DNA of 64,000 nucleotides, from NCBI RefSeq assembly GCF_009914755.1, contig NC_060930.1. One strand, given 5' to 3'. A model generated the notes under the pieces. That model ran no database searches. It saw nothing but the letters and a program-made list of their open reading frames with translations, and was not told the origin of the DNA. Positions within the stretch are counted from its first letter, which is position 1. Each line of letters starts with the position of its first letter. The position numbers were made by a program, and so were the translations under genes. Positions 1 to 13,541 of the stretch are shown here, in pieces. This stretch comes from the human T2T-CHM13v2.0 reference genome, Homo sapiens.

Positions 1-15
1 AAGAATTACCTGTTA

Positions 16-292
16 CTGGGTGTGATGGTGCATGGTTGTGGTCCCAGTGACTTGGGAGGCCGAGGTGAGAGGATGGCTTGAGCCCAGGAGGACAAAGCTG
101 CAGTGAGCTGTGATTGCCCCCACTGTACCCAGCCTGGGCGTGATGGTGCATGGTTGTGGTCCCAGTGACTTGGGAGGCCGAGGTGAGAGGATGGCTTGAG
201 CCCAGGAGGTCAAAGCTGCAGTGAGCTGTGATTGCCCCCACTGTACTCCAGCCTGGGCAACATAGCAAGACCCTGTCTCTAAAAATAAATAA
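16..292 (+). mobile_element. Old Alu monomer (FRAM / AluJ right-arm type) with an internal 118-bp tandem duplication
   Basis: Alu right-arm motifs (GGTCCCAG..TTGGGAGGCCGAGG..CTTGAGCCCAGGAG..GCAGTGAGC..CCAGCCTGGGCAACATAGCAAGACCCTGTCTCT, A tail). Segment 16-133 repeats at 134-252. Confidence 0.85.
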
Positions 293-444
293 TTAATCAT
301 TTGTTCATTTTTTTCTCATGCCTTTTTTCTTATTTATTTATTTATTTATTTTAAATAAGCCTTAGCTGAAAAACCTCCCTGAAACATTTATAATGCAAAA
401 TGAAATGAAACCATCATTAAATTTAGGTTTTGCTGCTGATTAGG

Positions 445-512
445 GACATGATGCTGGGCAAGTAATTCAACTTCTTTCAGTCTTAAGTTTCCTCATCTGG
501 AAAATAAAGAAG
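445..512 (+). mobile_element. MIR fragment
   Basis: CTGGGCAAGTAATTCAACTTCTTTCAGTCTTAAGTTTCCTCATCTGGAAAAT resembles the MIR core. Confidence 0.6.
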
Positions 513-2534
513 GCAGGGGTTGGATTACTGATATATAAAGTTCCTTGTCTACCAAACATCCATTTTTCCATGTTTCTATGATCTAGATAGACAGTAGAAT
601 TTATATCCTAGTGATTCACTTTTTTTTCCCTCACACATACAAAAAAAAACCTAAGAAAATTCAATGCCTGCAGTGCTCAAGACAGTATAGAGTAGATATT
701 GCCACCAAGTACAAATGGATACACAAATAGTATACATATCCTATTAATTGTGATCTTCTCCTTACATCTGTCATGTTTTGACTTACCAAATATTCTCTTT
801 AAGAGGGATTTTTATTACAGAAAACAAGATGCATGTGAGTTTATCTCAGAGCCTGTGATACATCAACCACTTTTGCTTCTTCCTTGATGTGACACAAGTT
901 TTCTGGTCATTTCCACATGCGCTGTTTTACTCACCTGCTACTCAGTTGTCAGGCTGATGGTCACAGGCCTTCCGTGACAAGGAGTTCCACTGTCATACAG
1001 AGACATTAAATTGAACAACTTCTATCACAAGGAGTTAAACTTCTGAAACCTGCCACCTCTACTAAATAGAGGATTAAACAGAGGTTTAAAGTGAGTTCCC
1101 ATTGATTAGTTAATGGATTTATTTTGGGCATACTTAAAACTCACCTTTGACAGAAGTGTCAGCATATTCTGTTGAGAAGAGCAGATACACCCATCAGATA
1201 CTAAGCTAAAGTCTAGCTTTTTAAAGAGGAGAGCTTTGATTTGTTAGGAACTGAAGAAAAACACATTTCTGGTCTGCAAAGTCACATCCTGTGGCCGGAA
1301 GGGTGTCCTTTGGAGGGAAATATATTTCTGAAGAGCTAACAGTTGTTTGAATTGAATTAGCTCAATACAAAAAAAATGATTAGTATTCTGTGCTGTTGCT
1401 TAGTATAACTATGGTGTTTTGTGAGGCTTTGTCTTTCGGCAAATTTTTGGTAAAAGTGGATTCTGGATTTTATATAGCTGGAGTGAACCAACCATTTACT
1501 TTCAATGTGAACATTATTCATTTGAAGACAACAATGTTCATGCATTTTTTTGTTACATTATCTGTATGTATCACAAGCAACCATATTTCCTCAATTGGCA
1601 AATCAGGTTGGCCGTTTCCTGGTAAATTAAAGCCCATTTGGAATTTGAATAGATCTTATTTTGAACAAGCCTTTTCCCCGTTTCTGCTCTCAAATTGGCC
1701 ACATTGGCTTAGAGCATACCCATCTAACCTGCACTTAGTTTTGGATAGACAGAATTTGGAGACTTGAATTAAAAAATAAGGAAGCTCCATGTTCACCTCA
1801 CCCCACCCCAACCAAAGCAGTACCACTCTTATCTGAATTCCTGATCAAGTGCTGCTAAATAATTTTAAAACCACTGTACTACAAATAACCTAGAGGCAGT
1901 CAGTAGTTTACATGCTCCTAGATTTAGGAATTGCACAAACCCAGCCTTTCTTGTATGTTGTTGACTTTTCTATGTAATTCTTCTCTTGGAGTAGTCTAGA
2001 CGATTCCACATACTGCTTGCTTTTGTGTCCTCTTTGAATTTTGAGGGGGGGATTAAAATATTGGGAGGGTTTGGTTTCTGGACAACTTTATTTCACTATG
2101 AAGTATTCCTTAATGGAAACCCTAAGACCAGTGGACTTTCTTCCTAATGTTTGAAAACATTCAGTACTTCTGTTACCTGACTTTCATAAATAAGCAAACA
2201 CTTTTAGTTTCTGTGATATATTATAGATACTAGCACTATTGGTGCATTTGTTCCTGGTTTTGGGCCCAACCTACTTCTCCCAAATAAAGTCTGCTTATTT
2301 CTAAAATATTATTTGAGCTTGAAGGCACTAATATATTATAACCCCAATTTTATTCTTCATCATTTTACTTTCCAATGCATCCTTTGTTTTCTCTTCCTCC
2401 CCTGTTCAGATCCTCTTTTCTTCATATTAAACTATTTTGCCAGGAAGTTCTTTACTTTTCATCAGTTCACCGAACTTTCCTTAGCAGACCTAGTTTTTAC
2501 CATCCCAGAACAGCTTGTGCCATACTTGGATTTC

Positions 2535-3017
2535 TGTAACTAGGTCACTGCTGCTGCAATTGTAAAGACTGAGCAGCCCTGTACAGAATGCCAACTGGCA
2601 AAGGCAGATCTCCAAATCTCCAGGCCTGCTCGTTGGTTGGACGGACCTACAGGGACTTGGGCTTCTACCATCTTTCTTGAGAAAACAGATGTTATGACCA
2701 GAAGTGCAGAGGAGTAATACCTTGTCTTGATAAGATAAACTTAGCCAACGGAAGCCAGGGGACAGAGAGAACCAGCAGATAAAATGTTTCCCTGATTAGT
2801 CCTTTCTGAGGGCAGCAGTTCATATGGCCTCTCTGGAGATAACTGCAGGTCATCAATGCCCAGCTTGGTAGGGGTTCCCTAACATGTAATCTTTTTCTTT
2901 CCCTGTTCCATTTCCCTTTCCCCTTTCCCCCTGTTTCTATGGGATTTTATTTCCCAGTAAAGTATAAGAACATGCTTTTGCTTCAGGCTTATTTTCTAGG
3001 GAAGCTAGCCTAAGATA
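2535..3017 (+). mobile_element. Old ERVL solo LTR, LTR16-like
   Basis: About 480 bp ending TTTTCTAGGGAAGCTAGCCTAAGATA, like the LTR16 3' terminus (..CTAAGACA). Boundaries approximate. Confidence 0.5.
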
Positions 3018-3029
3018 TTCCCTAATTTG

Positions 3030-4025
3030 CATCTCTGTTTTACTCCTCTCTTCTGAATTCCAAGGTCATATATCCCAAATATCCAATTACCTACTTGGCT
3101 TCTCTATTTGAACCTCCAGTTGTGACTCAGATCAACAGATCCAAAATATTCCCATCCCCAGAGATCCATAACATTATTTTTTCACTATTCCCATCTTAAT
3201 AAATTACATCTTTAAACACCAAATTGTTTAAGCCTAGAGGCTGGGAGTCATTATTGTTTTGTCCTTTTCTTAACTCCCACGTATACTTAGTTCTTAATTA
3301 TTATCAATTATATTTCTTAAACATCTTTCTAATCTCTCCCTGTATTTTTATCTCTACTACTGTTGTAGTAGTTCAAGGACCAGTAACCTTTACCTAGACT
3401 CTTATAATTGTTTCTGAATTAGTCTCTTTGAATCCATGCTTGTCCCCTTCAATTTATTCTCTAAATAAGGCCTGAATGTTTTTACAAATGCAAATCTCAT
3501 CAGGTTATCTCCTACTTACAAGCCTTCATTAGCTTCCCATTGCTTCCCATTACCTTCGAATAAAATGTTCCATTATTGTTATGGTGAACAGGGCTCTACA
3601 TACATCCTCAGTCTCATGTCATGCTCCTCTCATTTTTGTTCTCTGTGCCCTGGTCACACCAAACATCTTTCAGTTTCTCAATCAGATATGTTATTTTCCA
3701 CCTCAGTAACTTCACAAATGCTCATCCTTCATCCTGGAATAGTTTGCCCATTATAGTTACCTGGATAATTCTCAAAGTTCTCTTAGGTTTCCAATTTTAG
3801 CATTAAAATTAAATTAAAATTAATGCTAATTTTATTGTGAAGATTTTGATGAGGTTCCAATTTATATCAATGATTGCTAACTCCCATATCAACCCAAACT
3901 TGTCTTTTGTAGCACCCATCATACTTTCGAAGATTTGCTAAGTTTCTATATCCCAGATAGACTGTAAACTCCATGTGATCAGAGAGACCTTGTGCTAGTC
4001 ACTGTTCTATTCCAGCTACCTAAAT
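3030..4025 (+). mobile_element. L2 (LINE-2) 3' region fragments
   Basis: L2-like motifs such as CTTCTGAATTCCAAGGTCATATATCC, AAATGCAAATCTCATCAGG and TAGACTGTAAACTCCATG..CTTGTGCTAGTCACTG. Confidence 0.6.
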
Positions 4026-4346
4026 ACTTTGTCCCAGCCTGTTACTCCACTGGGTCATGTAGCCACTCTGGTGAGAGCAAGCAACGGGGAGAGATTGCAG
4101 TGTCAGGTCCAGACAGCTAACATTTCAGAAATTTAAGCCTACTAAGAAAAGTTACCAAAAGAATAAGATCTGATATTATCTAGGCCATTTTTTTTTTTTA
4201 GTTTGCTTTACTTAATTTTGTTTCTTTTCCTTAACAGGGAAAAGAAACATGTTAGAGGGATGTGTTCATTTGAAGGTCATTGCATTGAAGCATAATATCT
4301 AGAGATGGAATCAAGATAATCTCCAGTTTGCAAGCTCAGTGCAGTT

Positions 4347-4431
4347 TCCTCCCTCTCTCCCTTCCTCCCTCTCTCCCTCTTTCCCTTCCTTTCTCCTTCC
4401 TTCCTTCCTTCCTTTCCTTCCTTCTCTTTTC
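4347..4431. repeat. CT-rich / (CTTC)n low-complexity tract
   Basis: Direct inspection of a pure pyrimidine tract. Confidence 0.9.
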
Positions 4432-5439
4432 TGCATAACGAATTCTAGGACTTTAATAGTATTGTACCACAATAACTTTGTGAACAAATTTTAATGTAAA
4501 GAATACTATCTTGCTCTGTTCTCATTTCTTGGTTGTCTGTACAAATTCAATGCACTCATTTTTTATTCTAACTCAAAACATTCCTCTATATGATTTTAGC
4601 ATCCTAGTCATCATCCTTCTTACAAATTCTTTCTTACTTCAACTCAAGTTCCTTCCTCTTTCTTGGGGTTTCATGAATGCTAAGGCTCCACATTATTTCT
4701 TTATTATTCTTACATCTCAATGTTTTTTGCTTAGTGAAATAAATTCTTCTGATTTTATTATTTCAATAATTCTATCTTCAACCATAAAAAGGAGAAAGAG
4801 ATATTAATAAAAATGCCTGACTCTAAACAGTATCACTTAAATGATGCATTTCCCATTTATTTTACTTAAAAGAACAATTTCTTTCCATTTCTATATGATC
4901 ACTGCTAATTACCATTTACCACACCGCCTTGTAGTAAATACGTATTTGTGAATGACTGCATATATATAATATTATTCAGTGAATGAAGCAACAGAGTTCC
5001 AAATATCAAAATGAAGTAGTCTCCCAGTTCCCCCAATTCAGTCTGCTGTTAGTAAATTGAAAAATTTCTTGGATTTATGAAGTTAAATCCAGTTAAAAAA
5101 TTAAGAATGACTAATTTCACTACTAAAATAAGTATGTATATGAATATGTATATATGTGTATGTGACTATATGTATGTATTTGTGTGTGTGTATTTGACTA
5201 TTTTGTGACACAGAAGACAATTATTCCTGGGACCTATGTTTCCCATTGATTACTGGTTTGATGAAGCAAATTTGATTAGCTTAATAATCTCTTCTTCTTG
5301 CTTTATAGTTTTACATGTGCTCTTCTTAAAGCAGTTTATTCGGTCAAAAGAAGAGGACCTTCAAGGATATAACAGAAGCATTCTTTAGTCACCCTAATGA
5401 TAGACAGTGAAGCAATCTGGTGAATGGTTAGGATGTTAG

Positions 5440-6125
5440 TGGGATGGGAGGATTTGAAAAGGAGCAGATATAGTTGAGTATTGGAAAGCAAGAATTCTGT
5501 TTGGTACATTTTAAGTTGAGAAGTCAATTTTATGGACGTCCAAGGAGAGATATTGCTTAGGTAGTTAAATGATTGAGTCAAACATTCATGGGAAAGGTGA
5601 GAGCTAAAAACATAAACTAGGGAGTTATTAGCTTATAAAGTTAACCTTTAAAGCCATGGGATTCAACGTTTCCACCTAGAACATATGTGTTGTTAGAGAA
5701 AAGTGTGAGGCTTGAGCCCTAGAGCATGACAATACGTAGACATCAGGAAGACGAGAAGGATCCAGGAAAGGATATAGGAAGGAGTAGCCAGTGAAATAGA
5801 AGGTAAGCAAATGAACAAAAATGTCCTGGAAGAAAAGTGAAAAAAGGTTTCAAGGAGGAGAAAGTGATCCACTGTGTCCAGTGAATTTGATGAATTAAAT
5901 GAGGCAAGAAATGAGAATTGATCATTGGATTGTTAACCAGAGGTCACTGGTGACTGATAAATTTCAGTGGAGTGATCAAGGTGAAAGCAAGATTGGAGAG
6001 TGTTCACAAGATAATGAGACAGGAAGAACTGGAGACAGAAATAACTCTTTCGAAGAGTTTTCATCTAAAGGGCTTTAGGGAAATAGCTGGTAGCTGGAAG
6101 GAAACATGAGATTAAGAGAGGGTTT
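5440..6125 (-). mobile_element. L2 fragment
   Basis: Purine-rich antisense L2 motifs (GAATTCTGTTTGGTACATTTTAAGTTGAG, GAGAATTGATCATTGGATT..GAGGTCACTGGTGAC). Confidence 0.6.
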
Positions 6126-6139
6126 ATTTCATTGTTTCA

Positions 6140-6560
6140 AAAGTTGAGATTTAATGTACATATTATGAAATGCACAGATCTTACATGTACTTAGTTCTGA
6201 TAAATGCACATACCATGTGGCATGCACACTCTTATGAAGATATAGAGCATTTTTCTCAGTCCAGAACATCCCCTTTTAGCCATTCTAGTCAATACATATA
6301 TCATCCTACTTTCCCTTATCTACTCCATATGAAGCAACTATTGTTCTGATTTCTCTCAACATAGAACATTCTTGCCTAGTCCAAGAGTTCGTATCAATGG
6401 AATCACAGGGTGTGTCTTATTTTGTGTTGTCTATTTCACTCAGCATAATGTTTTTGAGATTCATCATGTTTCTGTATATCTGAATAGTTTATTTATTTAT
6501 AATTATTGGGTAGTATTCCATTTCATAAATAAATTACACACTGTTTATCCATTCTCCCAT
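6140..6560 (-). mobile_element. Old L1M (ME/MB-type) 3' UTR fragment
   Basis: AAATGCACAGATCTTA, TTCACTCAGCATAATGTTTTTGAGATTCATCATG and GGGTAGTATTCCAT are typical antisense L1M 3'-end motifs. Confidence 0.7.
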
Positions 6561-6669
6561 TTCTATTTCTGATACTTTCATTTAAGTGGGATTTTCTACG
6601 GTCATAAAAAGCCTATTCTATTACTCTAATAGTTCTGACCAGTATTAGTCTTGTATGAAAACAAAATCC

Positions 6670-7330
6670 ATCTCCCTATAACTTCTAACCACTCATCTAG
6701 TTATATGTCCTGGACCCAAATGCAAAAAAAAAAAAAAAAGCATTTTCTTTACATTTTCTCGTCTAGTATAAGCTTTCCTGGTTCTTTCAAATGTGTCTGA
6801 TATGGCATATTCTTTTACTCCTTAAATTGCTCTCTTCTTGCTCCTGAGACTGTGATGATTTATGACTCTTGAAATAATAGTGCTAAGGCAAATAAATAAA
6901 TTAATATAGAAATACATAAATAATCCAGATGTAGTTAGATCAATACAATGAGGAACTGTCACCAGTTATTCTATCTACTATATTTTATTAGTGCAACCTA
7001 CAATCCCATCAGATTTTTCTTAGTCACATATTTCCTTTACAAATTTTGAGCTTATTTTCAATCATTATATTTGAGTGCATTTTTTGGAGTCGTGGTTTCC
7101 AAGTTATAATTTTTAAGTTAGTTTCTTGGAGCAACTAGCAGGGCTTTCCATTTATCCCTGTCAAGCTTTATTTAATTAGATATGTCACACTATTCCAATG
7201 TGTTGAGTTTCTTTTGCAATATTAGTTATTTCATACAATGTATTTTCCATATCACTCAGTGTCATATCATCTTATATGTGAGGCCACCATGAATATCGTT
7301 ATCAAAATCATTTAGTAAAGTATTGATTGC
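6670..7330 (-). mobile_element. Possible L3/CR1 relic
   Basis: Degenerate motifs (TCCAGATGTAGTT, TTTCCATTTATCCCTGTCAAG, TCAAAATCATTTAGTAAAG) resemble antisense L3. Confidence 0.35.
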
Positions 7331-7739
7331 ATAGGCTGAGTGCTACTAAAGATAAGCCCTTTGATACACTTAAATACTTCTCTCAATATTTACTTTTGTC
7401 CCTATGAAAAACACTTTGCTGTTTCCAAACAATTTTAAATGTACATACTTGTGCTATAACCCAGCTTATATACATTTTTTTACCACAAGAATATAATGAA
7501 AGATGATGCCTTTTTGATACTCAGATTTCTAAAGGATTCCCCTGCTCAACCTTTCCAGCATCCTTGAAAAACAAGCAAGTAAAAATTGTTTTGAATTACT
7601 TTTCCTTGGAGACAACAAACTGACTTTAAAGATCAGTTTCCTTATTCTAAATGCCAATAAATGTTTTTAAAACATAATTCATTTAAGAATTTTCCCAGGT
7701 AATGGCATATAAATGACATCATGTCATAGCAAAAAGAAA

Positions 7740-7915
7740 ATGCATAGGCTTTTGATAAAGAAAAACCTGATTTTAAATTTCAGCTATACAATCTTGAGCA
7801 AATTATTCAGGTTTCTTCAACTTTAGAATTAGGAAAATCATTTCTACCTCATAATGTTTCTCTCAGGATTAAGTAAAATAGTGTAATGCAGAGCAAGTGT
7901 TTGATACATTTATGT
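7740..7915 (+). mobile_element. MIR fragment
   Basis: TCTTGAGCAAATTATTCAG..TTTCTACCTCATAATGTT..GGATTAAGTAAAATA. Confidence 0.5.
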
Positions 7916-8263
7916 TGTTATTAGGCATCTTTCATTCCCCTTCTGATGTGCCCATATGTCAGAGACTACCAAGAGAAAATATAATCTGTGAGTCTTGAAT
8001 ATGCAGTTGGGAACAAGATCTAAACCTTTTAAAAGCCATTTCCAACACTCAACACTGTACCACTTTGAAGAATTATTTTAAACTTGTATTCTCATACCAA
8101 TACTTGATCTATGTTTTTCAAACTTATTTGTTTTTAATGAAGCCATCTATTTTCTAGTGATTATATTTTCCTCTCTGTGTGCCGTGAATCAAATTTTAAT
8201 AATTCATATTTAAGGCCTACTTCAGGCAGCATAAAATATGCCTAATTGTTTTGGTTTTATGGC

Positions 8264-8616
8264 TGTTTTGAACTGAATATTTGTGTTTTCCCCAAATTCA
8301 TATGTTGAAACCCTAATCCCATTGTGATGGTATTTAAAAGTAGGGCCTTTAGGAGGTCATGTGAATGGAGCCCTCATAAATGGGATTAGTGTCCTTTCAA
8401 GAAGAGGCCAGAAGATTAGCTAGCCCTCTTTCGGCCACGTGAGGATACCACGAGAAGTCAGTGATCTGCAACCTGAGGGTTCTTACCTGAACCCAATCAT
8501 GATGACACCCTGATATGGGACTTCCAACCTCTTGAACTGTGAGAAATGCATTTCTGTTGTTTATAAATCATCCCGTATATGGTTCTTTGTTATAGCAGCC
8601 TGAATTGACTAATATA
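8264..8616 (+). mobile_element. MaLR solo LTR, MLT1A0-like
   Basis: TG start, CCCCAAATTCATATGTTGAAACCCTAATCCC, end TTTGTTATAGCAGCCTGAATTGACTAATATA. 5-bp TSD ATGGC (8259-8263) / ATGGT (8617-8621). Confidence 0.85.
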
Positions 8617-8849
8617 ATGGTAGAAAGAAAAAGGCAGAGTTCCTGCCACCTTAACAAATCAATAATTATTTAGTATAATTATTTTTAAAGCATTAGGCTC
8701 ATGGGAAATAACATCTTTCAATAGAATTTTACATGATAATTATCTAGAATTATATGTCTTTTTCCCTTATAGACTCTCTACTTAATTGCTTCTAAATCTT
8801 TACAGTATTGGTCAGATTTGAAAACCTATTTAAATAATAATAATCATAT

Positions 8850-9075
8850 TAATAATGGCTATTGATTATTATGAGACAAATCCTAAGGAATTCTCATAAT
8901 TTACCAATTTAATTTTCATGAGCAAACCTATGAAGTAAATGCTCTTCCATTCTCATTTTACAAAATAGAAATTGAAGTATAATCCAGTAAAGCAGCTTAC
9001 CCATGATAGCTTACCTACCCATAGCCCAGTTCCACCACTTACAAGCCATAAGTGGGATATGAGCCTAGATATCTG
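8850..9075 (-). mobile_element. MIR fragment
   Basis: CCATTCTCATTTTACAAAATAGAAATTGAAG is the antisense MIR core. Confidence 0.55.
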
Positions 9076-10615
9076 ATTTGTTACTGTAAAAATAGTGAAA
9101 GAAAAAGGTTTTAGGAAGAAGTATACTTAAGAAGAATAATTGGGGGGCAAAAATAGATAAAACGGCTATGGGATAAATTTGTGTGGAAGTCTGTTTTCAT
9201 GTCTTCCTTTGTTGGGCTCCCAAAGTTGATTCACAATGTTAGGAATTTTAGGAAGCATGCATTCATACACCATGGTTTATTCACTGGGCTGTGGTTGTAT
9301 GCTGGCAAAAGAAGAGCACTCCATGTCTTCCCATTACATCCTATGGGTGGATCCAATGTCCTTATGCACTAATTGCAGAACAGGGAACTGTCTACCAACT
9401 TGCCTCCAGTGACAGGCAGGGTGCAGGATGAAGAAGACATTATCACACACCTATTCAGGGCACCCTTATAAAACATAAAAGGCATGTGCAGTTTTATTTC
9501 ATAAGGTTACCCAGGAATTCTGTGTTAACCCAGAGTAGCTCAAGAGCATGTGTTTGTGACAATGGCTGAGGTTCTTGCAAGCATGGGGCCAGGACTGCAA
9601 CTTTACCTATCAGTCTATGGGTGGAATGGACACATGCGTTTCCCATAGTTTATCTTCAATAGGTAGACCTTTCTGTGAACTTGACATGTGACCTTATGAA
9701 CATGGATAGCGTCCTGCCAGAATAAGTGGTCCTCACATGGACAGACTCATGGCAATTAATTTTCATGTTTTATTTTGTATTTCACAACCGATTGTGTGGT
9801 GTTGCTGTTGTCGCCTCCCTCCCCAGCCTCATGAACACACATGTTGGAGAGATAGTTAGTGCAGTTATATAAACTATAAGTCGAAGCCATAACATATATG
9901 ATAGAGCCAATTTGCTTGTGGAGTATAGGTTCCAAATAAAGGCAATCAATAAAGCAAGTGGTGTCTTGGCTTTTATTCAGTGATGCAAGCTTTTGAGGGA
10001 TTTTAAAGGATCATTATCTTGCTAAGCCTTCCTTTGTGATATGTTCCATAGCAAACTAAATTACATAAAGTGAAGCATCTTTTTGTCATGGAGATCACCA
10101 TTAGGTGATGATATGTTCATTGCAGTTCTGCTGCACTTATTTGCACAAGGTTAAGTATTTACAGAAATCTTGGTATGAAATTCAAGATGAATTTTTCTAC
10201 TTTAGCAGAAATATTGTATACTTACATCCTTTAACTTAATAGTTTGTTAAGATAAAGGAAAAAGAGATTGAGTGTTTTGAGGAGAAAACAGAGGCATTAG
10301 AATTCAAGGTAATATAGATTCCTTCTTAGTAAAAGATGGTGTCATGACTCTCTTAAATATGTTAATGGCTTATTCTATACTGTACTATTATGAATGAATG
10401 AAATCACCAAGTATTAATGTCATGACACATTATAGAAAGAAAATCTGTTTTATTTTATTTGAAATTCAAAATAAAGCATTAAGGTGAATGACCAACATTT
10501 AAATAAGTTTATTAAGTGAAAAATTGTGGGAACTTACAAAAATTGTATGAATTTGCTGTTGGATGATACAAAATAATAGCTTTTTAGAAATGATCTATTC
10601 CCTATATAGTGATAG

Positions 10616-10914
<299 letters not shown>

Positions 10915-11489
10915 TTTTCCCTATATAGTGATATTCTATCTTATGCTTTGAATGCAGTTGGCTAAACACATTGGCAGTAGAATAGCTTTTAAGTGCAAAA
11001 TATCCCGGAAATAGAGAAATATTAAATTTGTTGAGGGAGTATTTGGAGATACAGTCTAAATTTTCAATCATAAAAATTAAGGTCATGAAAATAGATTCAC
11101 TAATTAAAAATTAGCTAAAAAGAAAAAGATAAAGAAAATACTACAATTTAATACACTTAGGTAAATCAGGTGTTCTTTGCACTTAGCCAATAGTAAGATA
11201 GTCAATTTAATAAATGACCTCAATATAAGAAGAGAAATCTCTCTTGCAATGGGTGATGCAAGGACTCTGTTCTCTTTTTTTTTCTTTCTCTGTTACTCTC
11301 AGTACACCACCCTGAAGCCTCTATGAAACTTATCTCTGATCTGTGCAGACAGAGTACAGAATGATTTAGTTCCTTTAAATGGGTCTTCTCTGTGAGGCCC
11401 TCTTACAGCATTTTAGGCAGAAGCCATCTAAGTGAGTAAATGCTAACAAGATTGAAGGGACTGGATGAAAGGAGACCCTGAGTCCCATT

Positions 11490-12345
11490 TAGATTCTTTT
11501 ATTTTAGCAGGTAGTCACCCTGTTTAGGTTTTCCGTGCAGGGCTTGGCCTAATGTTGTGGGCTATGGGTCAACATTTTTCTTTTCAGAGCCTTCGTGTTA
11601 TTATTTTGGTCTGCTTGGTTTACCTGGTGCCACTGCGGATCCCACTGGCCCCTGTGGTGTTTCCTGAGTGGGTGGAAGGAGCGCTCCAGGCCAGGTTGCC
11701 TGCTGCCTCTTGCTAGGGGAAGGAGGTCTCCTGCACATAGTGACAAAAAGTGTTTTCTAGGCTGGGTCACTTGTGGAAACATGATTCTCTTTGCTGGTGC
11801 CACCAGCCACCTGGTGTCTCTACATGGGAGAAAATGTTTTCTGGACAGTGAGGAACATGAAGCTTCCTGAGACAGGCTGGTTATTGGGACAAGTTTCCTC
11901 TTGCCATTGCAACCTGGCAGTCCAGCATCTCTGGGTTGGGATGAGGAGAGTCTCAGGCTCATGGGGGAAAGATAGCATTGCCTCTGGCAACTTCTTTTGA
12001 GCAGAGCCCCTGAAGAATTTCTGTTGCTACATCCGCCAGGCTTGCTGGGTGTTTTCAGCAGCCTCTCCATCCAGGAAAGGAACGAGTCTACCTGGGCTGC
12101 CTTCTGTTGCTAGATTGGGAGTTAGGAAACATCAAGCCTGGAGAGCATTCTTTGAGGGTGAGTGGGGCATAAAATGACCTGTTGCTATGTTCCTCCTCTA
12201 GTTCTGCTGCCCCTAACCAGTTCTCTCTACTTTCCAGATTTCTCCTTTGATTGTTTCTTGCATTATTGTTGATATTTATAGTTGTACTTAACAGGGCAGA
12301 ACAGGAAGAAATGATCCTATGCCCTGTTGTATGGGTGAAATTTCA
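11490..12345 (-). mobile_element. Old L1M 5' UTR-like fragment
   Basis: GC-richer degenerate block ending ..TTTATAGTTGTACTTAACAGGGCAGAACAGGAAGAAATG..GAAATTTC, like antisense 5' ends of L1MC/MD-type elements. Confidence 0.45.
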
Positions 12346-13254
12346 CTATAATTACTTTTTAAATGAGACAATTTTATGTCAATACAAAATTACATAAATT
12401 TTAGTATAAGTAAATTTTTAAATTAAAAATCTTACTATAGAGAGGAAAGATTTTAATCTAGAAAAATGAAAAAACTTAATTTCTTATTTTTGTGTGTCTT
12501 GTTAGGTTTTTGACACTTTAAGGGTACTCTATGATTGAATCAATTAAAATTGATAAAGACTGCCAATATTTACAATATAGTGACATCTGTCATTAGTGCA
12601 TGAAAATTATCCTTTTGTGATACCAGATTAAATGAACAAAATGAGTTGAAGTACTACAGATTAATCATCTAGACCTTGTTTACATTTTTCATACATCTAT
12701 TTCTAACTCATATCTCTTAATTCAATCTCTACCTCAGCCCAAAATGCATCCATACTTTATGTAGAATTCATATCAATGGAAAAAATCAGCTGAGAAGACT
12801 GAAAAGGAAGAGATGCCGTTATTTTTGCTTTTAAACAGGTAAAGAATACTATTTTTAGTCTCTCTCATTAAATATTTAATCTTGTTACTTTTTCCTTGGA
12901 TCACAGGAATATGGTAGGTATTATAGAAGCTTGTATTAATCAGTCAAATCCAAAAGCAGATGTAATACTTGGTGAAAAGAAAAGGTGAAAATACCAGCAT
13001 GTTTTCTTTGAGCTATTTTCTCCCATGCTTTCACCCTTTCACTATTTGAGATTTTCCTATAATCACTGTTTCTGTTCTCTACCTGCCATTATTTTCAAGG
13101 TGTCACTGCATTTATACAATAGGAGTGTGGGTGTGGTGGCGGCGAAGCCTCTGTACCTCAAAATCTCTGGCTAGTAGCAAGGCAGTTCACCAGGACCTAC
13201 TGGATAGAAATTTTCCGATACTATAAAATTTCTTCCTTATAAAAATTAAATTAA

Positions 13255-13541
13255 GTCTGGGCACAGTGGCTCACGCCTGTAATCCCAACACTTTGGGAGA
13301 CCTAGGTGGGAGGATCACTTGAGGTTTGGGGTTTGAGGCCAGCCTGGCCAACATGGCGAAACCCTGTCTCTACTAAAACTACAAAAACTAGCCAGGCATG
13401 GTGGCACACACCTGTAATCCCAGCTACTCGGGAGGCTCAGGCAGGAGAATCACTTGAACCCAAGAGGCAGAGGTTGCAGTGAGCCGAGATCATGCCACTG
13501 CACTCCAACCTGGGCGACAGTGAGACTCTATCTCAAAAAAA
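13255..13541 (+). mobile_element. Alu (AluSz/Sx-like)
   Basis: Full dimeric Alu. TSD AAAAATTAAATTAA at 13241-13254 and 13542-13555. Confidence 0.95.

Noticed and set aside
11549-12070. 173-aa minus-strand ORF
   Set aside because: No recognisable domain, and it lies in a probable old L1 5' UTR remnant.
12819-12844. Polypyrimidine-CAG|GTAAAG recursive-splice-like site (similar at ~11510 and ~31775)
   Set aside because: The donor halves are weak, no host gene or strand is evident, and such motifs are expected by chance.
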